This document shows, piece after piece, positions 30,909 through 40,356 of a stretch of DNA of 64,000 nucleotides (positions are counted from its first letter, which is position 1; each line of letters opens with the position of its first letter). Origin of the DNA: a virus; IMG/VR virus record IMGVR_UViG_3300021964_000013. The stretch is one strand, 5' to 3'. Both the position numbers and the translations under genes were made by a program. The notes beneath the pieces are model-generated. The model was not told where the DNA came from. It saw only the letters and a list, made by a program, of their open reading frames with translations, and did no database searches.

Positions 30909-32342
30909 ATGGAAAGAGTGTTCACTCATACACAAAAAAGGAAAACAGATAAAGGTAAATGTCTCGAAGAATGTTCGGTTAACATTTACTACTATAACGA
31001 TGCACTATTAATTGATATTAAATATAATTTCAGTTACAGTAGACCACGTGATAATGATCAGGAAGAGTACGAATTATCACGAAATGTAGAGACAGAACAC
31101 TCCATCGAATTAAATCTTTCGAATGCTAATTTCCACGTGTATTCTGTCACAAGAAATAAAGGGTTCTTAGGTGAAAGTAAGAGTCCTTATGATAGGAAGT
31201 TTAAAAATAAATTCACCCAACTTGCGGACATTACATCCATAGGTTTTTTCGGTGGATGTAAAAAGGGTACTAAATCTTGGGGAGTTAGGTATGAAAGAAA
31301 GATGGACGAGGCGTGGGAGATCATACGATCAATCATCCAACCAAGAATCAAGAATACATATCTCCAATCAAAAGGTTACCATAAAGTTGAAATAGATCGT
31401 TTATACGATTTAATTGTTGACTACCACTTGGATGTTAAGAATATAAAGGGACATGATCTGATCTACTTAGACATCCAAGAGGATTACCCAAAGAGTAAAT
31501 ACTTGAAACTAAATGATCGTAAGTACATACCTTCAGTATTAGACCAATACGGTATTAAAACCAAACAGTTCGTTAGTTGGTTGAGTGGTGGAAGTGAGGG
31601 CATGCCGATTATAATTAAAACATTGAATTACCTATGTAAATTATTTGGGGAGAACTACATAGATCACATGAATAAAATTGATTGGAATTTACACTGTTAT
31701 AAATCTCCCCCAACGAGGAGAGTTCACCCACTTAAGAACGAGACTGAGAAAAGAAACATGGTTAAACTTATTAATCAATGGGAAGAGGAAGGTCTTCGAC
31801 TCACTAACGATTTAAGTATGGACGGTAGTTTAGTCACATCCTTATACAACCTTTTCGAGTTGAGAAATAAGATAGAGAAGAAGGGTATTGAACTTAAATT
31901 TACCGCAACTACTGATACTGAATTAGACATCCTTTATAACGAGTGGGAATCCTTAAGGAAATATCTACAGAAAGGTTATAAGTTGAGGTACTCATTCCCC
32001 CAAGAATTTATCGATTACATAGAGCAACCCATTAAAGTTGGTGACGTGATTTACTATCCTATAGTTCTCAAAGAGGAGGAGGAATTTAAAGTCGAGGGAC
32101 ATATAATGAAAAATTGTATGGGTAATCAATTTAATCATGGTATCGCATCAATATTCATATCACTAAGAAAGGGTAAGAAATGGGTCGATGTCCAATATCG
32201 TAAGGGTGAAAAGACAATGTCATATGGTAAAGCCAACTCACCTGTACCATCTGACTTTAATGGTGCAGTAAACGTACTTACAAAAAGGATGAAGAAATAC
32301 AAAGAAATCAAATGGGTTAAGGAAAAATACGATTTGATTTAG
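30909..32342 (+). CDS. PcfJ-like domain protein
   Basis: C-terminal EGHIMKNCMG motif. Confidence 0.55.
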   Translation: MERVFTHTQKRKTDKGKCLEECSVNIYYYNDALLIDIKYNFSYSRPRDNDQEEYELSRNVETEHSIELNLSNANFHVYSVTRNKGFLGESKSPYDRKFKNKFTQLADITSIGFFGGCKKGTKSWGVRYERKMDEAWEIIRSIIQPRIKNTYLQSKGYHKVEIDRLYDLIVDYHLDVKNIKGHDLIYLDIQEDYPKSKYLKLNDRKYIPSVLDQYGIKTKQFVSWLSGGSEGMPIIIKTLNYLCKLFGENYIDHMNKIDWNLHCYKSPPTRRVHPLKNETEKRNMVKLINQWEEEGLRLTNDLSMDGSLVTSLYNLFELRNKIEKKGIELKFTATTDTELDILYNEWESLRKYLQKGYKLRYSFPQEFIDYIEQPIKVGDVIYYPIVLKEEEEFKVEGHIMKNCMGNQFNHGIASIFISLRKGKKWVDVQYRKGEKTMSYGKANSPVPSDFNGAVNVLTKRMKKYKEIKWVKEKYDLI

Positions 32343-32367
32343 TCGAATTTTTTTCATATATTTTAGT

Positions 32368-32529
32368 ATGCAAGAAAAAGAATCAAAAACTAATTGGCAC
32401 TTTTGGATGAGTATGATCAAATCATTTATTCGAATGGGTGCTGCGATGTATTTAATGATGTCATCCTTTTTTTGGGCGGGGGCATTATTTATTGTTGCCG
32501 AGATACTCGGAGTATTAGAAGAAATTTAA
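32368..32529 (+). CDS. Small membrane protein (53 aa; not in ORF track)
   Basis: MQEKESKTNWHFWMSMIKSFIR...AEILGVLEEI, downstream of TTGATT-N17-TATATT at 32334-32362. Confidence 0.6.
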   Translation: MQEKESKTNWHFWMSMIKSFIRMGAAMYLMMSSFFWAGALFIVAEILGVLEEI

Positions 32530-32530
32530 T

Positions 32531-32860
32531 ATGGTAGACATTACAGAAACAGCGTTAGAAAAACTTATCTCATTAATGATGGAGGGTGGTATAACACCTG
32601 AAACACATAATTTACGTGTTGGGGTAAAAGGTGGTGGATGTAGTGGATTGCAATATGAAATGGACTTTGACGATGTGATCAATGAAGGTGATAATGTTTT
32701 CGATCTTGACGCGATTAAGATTGTAGTTAATAAACCATCACTACTTTATTTGGCAGGAACTGTCTTAGATTATCAGGGTGGACTGAACGGTAAGGGATTC
32801 GAATGGATAAACCCAAACGCATCAAGAACCTGTGGATGTGGTGAAAGTTTTAGTCTATGA
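32531..32860 (+). CDS. iscA: A-type Fe-S cluster carrier (IscA/SufA/HesB family)
   Basis: LRVGVKGGGCSG, NPNA..TCGCGESF. Confidence 0.93.
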   Translation: MVDITETALEKLISLMMEGGITPETHNLRVGVKGGGCSGLQYEMDFDDVINEGDNVFDLDAIKIVVNKPSLLYLAGTVLDYQGGLNGKGFEWINPNASRTCGCGESFSL

Positions 32861-33264
32861 GTGACAAACCACAAAAATATCCTGATAATATAGTTTGGAA
32901 CGAAGAGGAGGGGTTTAACGCGAGTAAACTTCCATATGCATCTAACGTTGGCGCACCCTCAATTAAAATGGATGATGTGGGTGGATGGAAAAGTAGACAA
33001 GTTGTTAATGTCAACCATCAAATCAAAACAAAATTTGAAGAGTTAAGGGAGGAGTATAATAAGTTGGTTGATGAATACAATTGGAATCAACTTATCTATA
33101 AATCTAAGTATTCTTTCACCCCCGTAATAGGTCATATCTATCATCTTTACATGAATAAGAAGGATGAAGTATTCCTGTCCTTAATAAGTCCCGATGAGTG
33201 GAACCAACAGTTCGTAGGTTCATTCCAATTAGATTCCACAGAAAAATGGATTAAAGTTTCTTAA
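32857..33264 (+). CDS. DUF2452-like protein
   Basis: LPYASNVGAP, F.PVIGHIYHLY, LSLISPDEW. Confidence 0.65.
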   Translation: MSDKPQKYPDNIVWNEEEGFNASKLPYASNVGAPSIKMDDVGGWKSRQVVNVNHQIKTKFEELREEYNKLVDEYNWNQLIYKSKYSFTPVIGHIYHLYMNKKDEVFLSLISPDEWNQQFVGSFQLDSTEKWIKVS

Positions 33265-33279
33265 AGGATATTTATCTAT

Positions 33280-33771
33280 ATGTTGATATCCGAAGAAATC
33301 AAGCGTATAAGTCAATTAATGGAAGTTAAGTCCGTCAATCGCCCTGACCTACAGGGTGAGATGGATGAAATCCAAAGAGTGACTCAATACCTTAATAGGG
33401 AAGAAGGTTTCCACGTTAAGGTGAATGAGTTAGTTGATCTATTCGATAAATCAACAGAATCCACTTTATCTGATGATGTATGGTCTAAATTAGAAAACAC
33501 CGAATCAAATGAAATTAAGAAGGGTGATATGGATTCAGTCTACGACGTGGCAAAAAAGTATAATAAAAGTAATCCCGATAAATTAAAATCTAAGTTTGAG
33601 GATGGTACATATAAAAGACCACTAATCCTCAAGTTCAATAATAGATATCATTTGGTTGCTGGAAACACAAGATTATGTACTGCGGCGGCAATGGGGTTAA
33701 ACCCTAAGGTTTTCATTGGTACTTTAAGTACAGAAGATCAAATGGATACCGATAACAATTCGGATAAATAA
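33280..33771 (+). CDS. ParB/Srx-like domain protein, late class
   Basis: PLIL....YHLVAGNTRL; ATATTTAT upstream. Confidence 0.55.
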   Translation: MLISEEIKRISQLMEVKSVNRPDLQGEMDEIQRVTQYLNREEGFHVKVNELVDLFDKSTESTLSDDVWSKLENTESNEIKKGDMDSVYDVAKKYNKSNPDKLKSKFEDGTYKRPLILKFNNRYHLVAGNTRLCTAAAMGLNPKVFIGTLSTEDQMDTDNNSDK

Positions 33772-33795
33772 AGTATTTATATATAAAAGAATTCC

Positions 33796-35196
33796 ATGGA
33801 AGAGTTAAGTAAGAAAGATATTTTAACATTAATTGGTGAAAACCTCACCACGGTTAGACATGCGGGGTATAAAGGATTCGATGAGGGTGTTGATTTAGAG
33901 GAGATGCCTCAGAAACCCGAAGACTTCCCAAAGAACGCACCTGACCCAACTAAACCAACAAAAAGATCAAAAGGCGTTGTTCCTAAGTGGACAAGATTAT
34001 ATGAAGCCGATGAAGAAGGTAAATTAGTTGAGCACGTAGGTTGGTACCATTTCGATCAGGCGAATGAAATTGCCACACCAATTATATTCACATGTGAATG
34101 GGATGAAATGATTCAAAGACATCCTGATTTAGTAAGTAAATTGAAGGAACAGTTTGGTGAAGTCAAATTTGCCAATGACGTATGTCCCGCATACGAGCCG
34201 GGTAGGAAGAAAGGTAATTTAGTTATACAACCCATACCGGGTGATGAGGGGTCAACCATGGACATTGAAGGTAACCCATATATTCCGAGTGAAGAAAAGG
34301 TAACTTACACAAGAGAGAAAATCAATAGAACTTTTAATGGAATATTAAAAGATGAAATCCAAAATGATCAAGATTTAATAAATGGTTTAAAGAAATTGAG
34401 TTTACCTCAAATTGTTATTGATGATACTAAACACAGGAATTCTTATAGTACCGTCAATAATGATGAGATATCTTTTCAATCACATAACATCCATTTATAT
34501 GAAACACAGAAACAATTCATCAAGGATGTTACTACGGCTGTTAGAACAAAGGATTTAGATCAAATCCCAACAAAAGATAATAAATCATTAAGAAGGTTAT
34601 ATAATACAAGATACACTAATTGGTCTAAAACAAGATTTACTCAATCCTCGGGTTATGGTAAAACACCTGTTTTCCAATTAGATCAAGGTGATTTCCCTAA
34701 TGATAAAACTTTTGAGGTTATGGTGTCGTCTGATGTTAAAATTACGGGTAAGTCAACGGACAAAAATGAAAATGGAGAGGTTACCCAATGGCAGTGGGAT
34801 ATCGAATACTTAGTGGAATACGCTAAGAAAGCACCAACAGATAGGGTGGCAAGAAAAATGATTAAAGACGGTGAGATTAATAAGACGGTTGTTGTTGATT
34901 TAAGTGAACCTAAGAAGTTCGACGGAGAAACGGAATTAAGTGATAGTGGTAGGATTGTTGGCGGAGACACCGGTGATCAACACCCATTAACCGATATTAA
35001 CGTTGTAGAAGGTTTAAAACAAGTTATTTCAGAATTTAAAGAAGAATTATTAAGTACTAACCCAACAACATCTATTAGAAGGGCAGTTACTAAAATTGAA
35101 GATTTAGGTGGTGAAAGAGCATTAAGAACAAGACCACAATTAAACGAAGACGACATTAGAGATTTAGTAAAGAAAACAATTAGAGAAAATAAATAA
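33796..35196 (+). CDS. Hypothetical protein, late class (possible virion/internal protein)
   Basis: 466-aa ORF with GTATTTAT upstream. Confidence 0.6.
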   Translation: MEELSKKDILTLIGENLTTVRHAGYKGFDEGVDLEEMPQKPEDFPKNAPDPTKPTKRSKGVVPKWTRLYEADEEGKLVEHVGWYHFDQANEIATPIIFTCEWDEMIQRHPDLVSKLKEQFGEVKFANDVCPAYEPGRKKGNLVIQPIPGDEGSTMDIEGNPYIPSEEKVTYTREKINRTFNGILKDEIQNDQDLINGLKKLSLPQIVIDDTKHRNSYSTVNNDEISFQSHNIHLYETQKQFIKDVTTAVRTKDLDQIPTKDNKSLRRLYNTRYTNWSKTRFTQSSGYGKTPVFQLDQGDFPNDKTFEVMVSSDVKITGKSTDKNENGEVTQWQWDIEYLVEYAKKAPTDRVARKMIKDGEINKTVVVDLSEPKKFDGETELSDSGRIVGGDTGDQHPLTDINVVEGLKQVISEFKEELLSTNPTTSIRRAVTKIEDLGGERALRTRPQLNEDDIRDLVKKTIRENK

Positions 35197-35215
35197 ATAA
35201 AACCACCTAAAGATT

Positions 35216-35243
35216 AAAACCCGACCATGTGTCGGGTTTTTTT
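35216..35243 (+). terminator. Rho-independent terminator
   Basis: AAAACCCGAC-CATGT-GTCGGGTTTT followed by a T run. Confidence 0.85.
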
Positions 35244-35257
35244 ATACCATAATTTAT

Positions 35258-35286
35258 TTGACAAATATTAAAAAATTACGTATATT
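35258..35286 (+). promoter_or_regulatory. Sigma70-like promoter TTGACA-N17-TATATT
   Basis: Near-consensus boxes, 17-nt spacer. Confidence 0.7.
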
Positions 35287-35305
35287 GATATCAAAACCGT
35301 AAATA

Positions 35306-35509
35306 ATGTTAAGTTTTCTTAGAGACGAGTGGATAAAGAACCCAAAGTATTCAAAATGGAGTGGCAGGAGATGTACCTATCATAAATGTGAATGTGATAA
35401 ACCTAAATTGGTCGAATTGTGGGACCAAGACAGTTGTATTAGGGGAAGGATAGATACGGTGGTATGTACCAAATGTGATAGAGTAAGTACGTTTAAAATA
35501 ATAAGATAA
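35306..35509 (+). CDS. Small Cys-containing hypothetical protein
   Basis: CEC and CTKC motifs. Confidence 0.55.
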   Translation: MLSFLRDEWIKNPKYSKWSGRRCTYHKCECDKPKLVELWDQDSCIRGRIDTVVCTKCDRVSTFKIIR

Positions 35510-36000
35510 TGGGAACAAACTATTACAGAATCCCGTCCGCGGACGAGGTAAAGAAGAAAAGAGACATCTTAGTTGTTCAGGTTGAAACTATGGAGTTAAA
35601 CCCGAGTGACGTTGAAGGTGGGTTTAGATTTATCAGTCCCAATAAAGATTGGGAGTGGTTCAGTCCGTGGGATATGTTCATGAAAGATATGAACGTCCAC
35701 TTAGGTAAACGGAGTATGGGGTGGAAGTTCTGTTGGAATTTTCATGATAACAAGTACTACTCAAATAAAGAAGAACTTATTGAGTTCATCAAGTCAGGTA
35801 GAGTTGTTGATGAATATGGGGAGGAAATGTTAGTTGATGAATTCTTAGAGATGTCGTTTAATTGGGGAGAACCCGATGGATTGGTTGTGGATGAGGAATA
35901 TTACAAGAATAACGAAAGGTTATCATACTTTAATGATCCTAAATATTACGATAGAATAATTGATGGACTAAGAGTCTCATCATCAACCGAATTTACTTGA
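35509..36000 (+). CDS. Hypothetical phage protein
   Basis: MGTNYY ... HLGKRSMGWKF ... DEYG. Confidence 0.65.
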   Translation: MGTNYYRIPSADEVKKKRDILVVQVETMELNPSDVEGGFRFISPNKDWEWFSPWDMFMKDMNVHLGKRSMGWKFCWNFHDNKYYSNKEELIEFIKSGRVVDEYGEEMLVDEFLEMSFNWGEPDGLVVDEEYYKNNERLSYFNDPKYYDRIIDGLRVSSSTEFT

Positions 36001-36002
36001 TT

Positions 36003-36665
36003 ATGATAACACTATTTGAAAATTACGATCAAATGTCGGAGTACACCGCATCTTTAGTTGCGGAGGAAGTAACGAACAACCCTAACCTACGTTTAGGTTT
36101 ACCCACAGGATCAACACCGATTGGGATGTATAAAAATCTTATACAATTTGGTTTAGATTGGTCTAATGTAGAAACATATAACTTGGATGAGTATGAAGGG
36201 ATTAGTCATAGTCACCCCGAATCATATCACATGTACATGAATAAGAACCTATTCTTACATGTGAACTTAAAGAAGGAGAATATCCACTTTCCTGATGATC
36301 AATATGATAAAACCATATCGGGGTTTGGAGGATTGGACTTAACAATATTGGGTATAGGTCACAATGGTCACATTGCATTTAATGAACCCGGTTCTTCAGT
36401 AACCTCGAGAACAAGAAAAGTCAAACTCACTGAAGAGACAATAAATACCAACAGTAGGTTCTTTGATTCAATTAATGAAGTACCTAAGAAAGCATTCACT
36501 ATGGGAATGAAAACCATCAGAGAATCAAAGAAGATCATTTTAATTGCCAATGGTCAAGATAAGTGGGATATACTCAATGAATGTTTTAACGGTGAACTAA
36601 ATAAGGACAGACCTGCGAGTATATTACAGACACACCCAAACATCCAAGTATTCTATGCCGGTTAA
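36003..36665 (+). CDS. nagB: Glucosamine-6-phosphate deaminase
   Basis: LGLPTGSTP, YNLDEY, LGIGHNGHIAFNEPG, TMGMKTI, PASILQ.H. Confidence 0.93.
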   Translation: MITLFENYDQMSEYTASLVAEEVTNNPNLRLGLPTGSTPIGMYKNLIQFGLDWSNVETYNLDEYEGISHSHPESYHMYMNKNLFLHVNLKKENIHFPDDQYDKTISGFGGLDLTILGIGHNGHIAFNEPGSSVTSRTRKVKLTEETINTNSRFFDSINEVPKKAFTMGMKTIRESKKIILIANGQDKWDILNECFNGELNKDRPASILQTHPNIQVFYAG

Positions 36666-37170
36666 TAAATTAATGGTTGTTGCACACCCCGACGATGAAA
36701 CCTTATTCGGTGGGGGTGAACTACTAAAACACCAAGGAGAGTACAAGGTGGTTTGTTTAGATTACGGTAATCATTTGGTTAGACACAAAGAATTTATTTG
36801 TGCAATGGAAGAATTGGGAGTAACTAAATGGGAACATTGGGATGGTGAACCCTACAAATCCTCAACCGCATATAATGAGTCTATCTTAATACCAAGAATA
36901 GAAAGAGTCTTAAACGAGAAGAATTGGGAAAGGGTTGTCACACACAATCAAGGTGGTGAGTACGGACACTATAGACATATTGGAACCCACAATGTTATGA
37001 GTCGTTTATGTCCCGATAAGTTATGGGTTTTTGATACGTGTTCAGACAAACCCCTTGGTGAAGAGATAAAACGTATGAAGGGTCACGTTCTTAAAACATG
37101 TTACCCATCACAAGAACAGGTCTTAAGGTGGTTTAATTGGGGTTGTGAGAGGATAAAGAAATACAACTAA
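36655..37170 (+). CDS. PIG-L / LmbE-family deacetylase
   Basis: VAHPDDE, THNQGGEYGH..H, YPSQ. Confidence 0.85.
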   Translation: MPVNKLMVVAHPDDETLFGGGELLKHQGEYKVVCLDYGNHLVRHKEFICAMEELGVTKWEHWDGEPYKSSTAYNESILIPRIERVLNEKNWERVVTHNQGGEYGHYRHIGTHNVMSRLCPDKLWVFDTCSDKPLGEEIKRMKGHVLKTCYPSQEQVLRWFNWGCERIKKYN

Positions 37171-37183
37171 AGTAATTAATTAG

Positions 37184-37191
37184 ATATTTAT
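37184..37191 (+). promoter_or_regulatory. Putative late promoter motif ATATTTAT
   Basis: Same (A/G)TATTTAT motif lies just before ATG at 10399, 26316, 33268, 33773, 40863, 41206, 45835, and on the minus strand at 30842 and 51011. Confidence 0.6.
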
Positions 37192-37195
37192 TATT

Positions 37196-37471
37196 ATGGG
37201 TATAGATTTTTTAAAAATCATTGAAGCATTTAAGATCAAAATAAGTCCAAGTGAGAGTCAGAAAGAACTCGCACAGAAGAGATTGGATATTTGTTCTACG
37301 TGTGAATTTAGAAGAGGCGACATAGACTCCAATTTAACTTCATGTGGGAAATGTGGGTGTTTCATATATGGTAAAATATTTACTAATGAGTATGATGCGT
37401 GCCCCGAGGGTAAATGGTCAGAAATAGATAAACCCTATTTTAAAATTAAAGAAACAAAAACATTAATATGA
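37196..37471 (+). CDS. Small Cys-rich (metal-binding) protein, DUF6171-like
   Basis: RLDICSTCEF ... CGKCGC ... CPEGKW; ends KETKTLI. Confidence 0.7.
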   Translation: MGIDFLKIIEAFKIKISPSESQKELAQKRLDICSTCEFRRGDIDSNLTSCGKCGCFIYGKIFTNEYDACPEGKWSEIDKPYFKIKETKTLI

Positions 37472-39072
37472 AGGCAGTCTTATTAGGTAACGACTTTATA
37501 AAGGACACTGACGGTACCTTTAAAATGTTAGAGACAAATACAAATCTTGCATTACCATTAAAACCAATTGCAAGTTATATAAATAAGGATGTATTAGATC
37601 AGTTCTTATTAGATAACGATATAACTGACATCGATCTAATTATACCTTCGGTAGGTATTGCCTCTTCCATTGACTATGATAACTCAGAATTATCTCATTC
37701 CACATTCCACTCCTACATAATTCAAAATTATGGTGAAACTTACAATGTTAGGACATGGACAACGAAGGGTGATAACATACCAACCGTGGAAGACGGACCG
37801 AACAAACTAATAATTAGAATTTCTTATGATACTAATGCGTTAGTTGACGATACATACTGTAGAGATAATTTTAATTTTCTAAAGTTAATGTACGATTCGA
37901 ATTCCAATTCCATACCCTCAACCTATTTTAATGATGGAGGTGATTTAACAATTGATGGTATTGGTACCTCTTTTAGGGATAACGGTAATTACCCTAACCT
38001 AATAATAAAAAAGAGATATCCAACAACAGACTACTTAGAATATCCCAAAGTTTTAAAAGTCACCACACCACAAGAACTTATCGATATAAAAAATTCATTA
38101 TCCTCCGATGAATTACTACAAGAATATATTGTAAATACCAATGATTTGTTGGAAGGTAAAACAAAAACATATAGACATTTATCTTTAGTTTATGGTTCTG
38201 ATTTATCTGTCTTAGATTTGTTTGAACCTTATGTTCATACAAACAAAGTTGCTCTTTCAGAAACTATTGATTATGTGGGTAATGAAATCCAAGTTTGGGA
38301 AAGACCTAAACTATTGCAGAAAATAGGAAATTATGAATACAATAATAGTTTACACGGCGATTCAAATGACACGGTAATATTAAGTGATGGTACGACCACC
38401 ACTTTAGGATCTCTTAGTGTTGGTGATGAAGTGAAGTCTTTGGATATATACAGTCTTCCCGATGAGGAAATGTCCTATAATAGTTGGAGTGGTGTAGAAA
38501 GTGACGTATTTAATAACACTATACCTACAACTTCTTCTGTAATTGGCAAGATTTCAAAACCATTAGGTTTATTCGTAAATGTTTTAGGTTTTGATAATGG
38601 TTTAACTATTTCGAATGTAAAAAAGACGATCATCCTTACAAAAACATCAGAAGGAAATATAAAGTTTACAACATTTGGTAGACTAAATGTGGGATCCCAA
38701 GTCGTTTTCGGGAGTCTGAGTGATGACTCTTTATCCACCGCAACCGTGACCTCAATTAACTATGAATTTAAATATTTGGTCGCTAACAGTGTTGACGTTG
38801 AGGATAAAGATGTCTATTTAGTTTTAGATGATCAGACTAACCCCATGTATTATACAATACACCATAATGCTAAGGGGATTCCATCAGAGAATTGTGCGTG
38901 TTGGATGAAAGAAAATGAATGGGATGATTGTATATGTGAACAACCCTGTATTTTTGACCCGGGGGAATGTGAATTTAGTCCATTTTTTATCGATTGTTGC
39001 CAAAGTGCTCCGAATTGTAATGGGATGTATACTAATTCCTTCGCAGCGAATCCTTGTGGTGAAGCAAAATAA
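37468..39072 (+). CDS. Circularly permuted ATP-grasp-like domain + Hint-like domain + C-terminal 10-Cys peptide fusion
   Basis: N-terminal GNDF..D.DG.FKMLETNTN, LIIKKRYP, LLQEYI, YRH (ATP-grasp motifs in permuted order); TVILSDG....LGSLSVGDEV and terminal IHHN (Hint blocks); 67-aa Cys-rich tail from 38869. Confidence 0.65.
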   Translation: MKAVLLGNDFIKDTDGTFKMLETNTNLALPLKPIASYINKDVLDQFLLDNDITDIDLIIPSVGIASSIDYDNSELSHSTFHSYIIQNYGETYNVRTWTTKGDNIPTVEDGPNKLIIRISYDTNALVDDTYCRDNFNFLKLMYDSNSNSIPSTYFNDGGDLTIDGIGTSFRDNGNYPNLIIKKRYPTTDYLEYPKVLKVTTPQELIDIKNSLSSDELLQEYIVNTNDLLEGKTKTYRHLSLVYGSDLSVLDLFEPYVHTNKVALSETIDYVGNEIQVWERPKLLQKIGNYEYNNSLHGDSNDTVILSDGTTTTLGSLSVGDEVKSLDIYSLPDEEMSYNSWSGVESDVFNNTIPTTSSVIGKISKPLGLFVNVLGFDNGLTISNVKKTIILTKTSEGNIKFTTFGRLNVGSQVVFGSLSDDSLSTATVTSINYEFKYLVANSVDVEDKDVYLVLDDQTNPMYYTIHHNAKGIPSENCACWMKENEWDDCICEQPCIFDPGECEFSPFFIDCCQSAPNCNGMYTNSFAANPCGEAK

Positions 39073-39092
39073 ATTTATTAGATCAAAAAAAT

Positions 39093-39239
39093 ATGTCAAA
39101 CAATAATCAAAATACAACTTATAATACTTTAAGAGAAATAACATCTCTTGTTAGTAAGGTGACTGATACAAATGACACCTCATCAATTAAAAGTTTGAGT
39201 AGTCAATTTGCACAAAACATAATCAACAAACACTCATAA
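39093..39239 (+). CDS. Small Ser/Thr/Asn-rich peptide (48 aa; not in ORF track)
   Basis: MSNNNQNTTYNTLREITSLVSKVTDTNDTSSIKSLSSQFAQNIINKHS; fills the gap and abuts the next start. Confidence 0.55.
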   Translation: MSNNNQNTTYNTLREITSLVSKVTDTNDTSSIKSLSSQFAQNIINKHS

Positions 39240-39240
39240 A

Positions 39241-39867
39241 GTGAGATTATGTATCTTAACACAACCGAGGACTTCATCTACGAATTTATCTTTTCTTCTC
39301 GGTCGTTTGTCAGGATATGAAGTTTACAATGAACCATTTCATGGTCATCACGGTATTAAAAAATACCTAACAGAGCCCTTTACAAAAGATGATAACATCA
39401 TTCTAAAGGAAATGCCATTCTTCCACCAACCATTCGGTGTGGAGGGTAGTGACCAATTCTTTGAATGGTCTCAACAGAACTTCGACAAGGTAATATATCT
39501 TCTACGTAGAGATACTCAAAAACAGAGTGAAAGTTTCTGTTATAGATTAATCCTCTCCAATGAAGACCCAAATACCAAATGGCACGACCAAAAGGAGTAC
39601 GATATGAGTATCGTTCCCCTAAAAAAAATCCAATACGAGAAGGAACGTATGGACCAAAGGAATGAAATGTTCATAAATAACTCATCCATTCATTCCAACC
39701 CTTTATTCTACTATGAAGACCTAATCATTAATGAAGGTAATAACGAGAATATGATAAAATTAATTAATTACGTTGGTTTATCATTCGACAAGAACATCGT
39801 TAGAACCTACTACGGCATCAATAAAAAGTGTAGAGTAAACAGGAAAAAAACAAACACTTTGATTTAA
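39241..39867 (+). CDS. Sulfotransferase-like protein (Stf0 / P-loop type)
   Basis: QPRTSST (PAPS 5'-phosphosulfate-binding-like), NEPF, YLLRRD...QSES, YYEDL; ends KKTNTLI. Confidence 0.7.
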   Translation: MRLCILTQPRTSSTNLSFLLGRLSGYEVYNEPFHGHHGIKKYLTEPFTKDDNIILKEMPFFHQPFGVEGSDQFFEWSQQNFDKVIYLLRRDTQKQSESFCYRLILSNEDPNTKWHDQKEYDMSIVPLKKIQYEKERMDQRNEMFINNSSIHSNPLFYYEDLIINEGNNENMIKLINYVGLSFDKNIVRTYYGINKKCRVNRKKTNTLI

Positions 39868-39893
39868 TAAAATATTTTTCGTATATTATACTC

Positions 39894-40157
39894 ATGAAGA
39901 ATATTGATAAACTACATGAGATGTATCCGGAAATTGAACTACTTCAAGCGGACGGATTTGACGATGCAATCATAGGATTGGAACCTTTATCGGGAAAAGT
40001 AATCTATGATATTGATAGGATGGTTGGTGTCTTGGTTGAAGAGGGTCTTTCCTCCGAAGAGGCCATAGAATACTTAGATTTCAATGTATTAAATGCGTAT
40101 GTGGGTGAGAATACACCACTATACATTCAAACAATTGACGATGATGGATTTATATAA
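39894..40157 (+). CDS. Conserved phage hypothetical protein
   Basis: ADGFDDAIIG ... EEAIEYLDFNV..AYVGE.TP. Confidence 0.7.
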   Translation: MKNIDKLHEMYPEIELLQADGFDDAIIGLEPLSGKVIYDIDRMVGVLVEEGLSSEEAIEYLDFNVLNAYVGENTPLYIQTIDDDGFI

Positions 40158-40356
40158 TTCTTACGAGAAGGCAATGAAAGTCATTGATAGTTGTGAGAAC
40201 GACATTCAAATGAAAGGTGCGATAACTTATTGTCACCTATTTAAGGATCAATTCATTAGATTAGGGGGTGATGAAACACTCATTAATGTATACCACAGTA
40301 ACTTAATAAAACATATTAACTATAAGATAAATGAGAGTTATAGGTACGTCAATTAA
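40141..40356 (+). CDS. Hypothetical protein
   Basis: ORF packed between neighbours. Confidence 0.5.
   Translation: MMDLYNSYEKAMKVIDSCENDIQMKGAITYCHLFKDQFIRLGGDETLINVYHSNLIKHINYKINESYRYVN

Noticed and set aside
38347-38868. Canonical splicing intein or homing endonuclease
   Set aside because: No clear N-terminal Cys, the +1 residue is Ala rather than Cys/Ser/Thr, and there are no LAGLIDADG motifs; kept as a cleavage-type Hint
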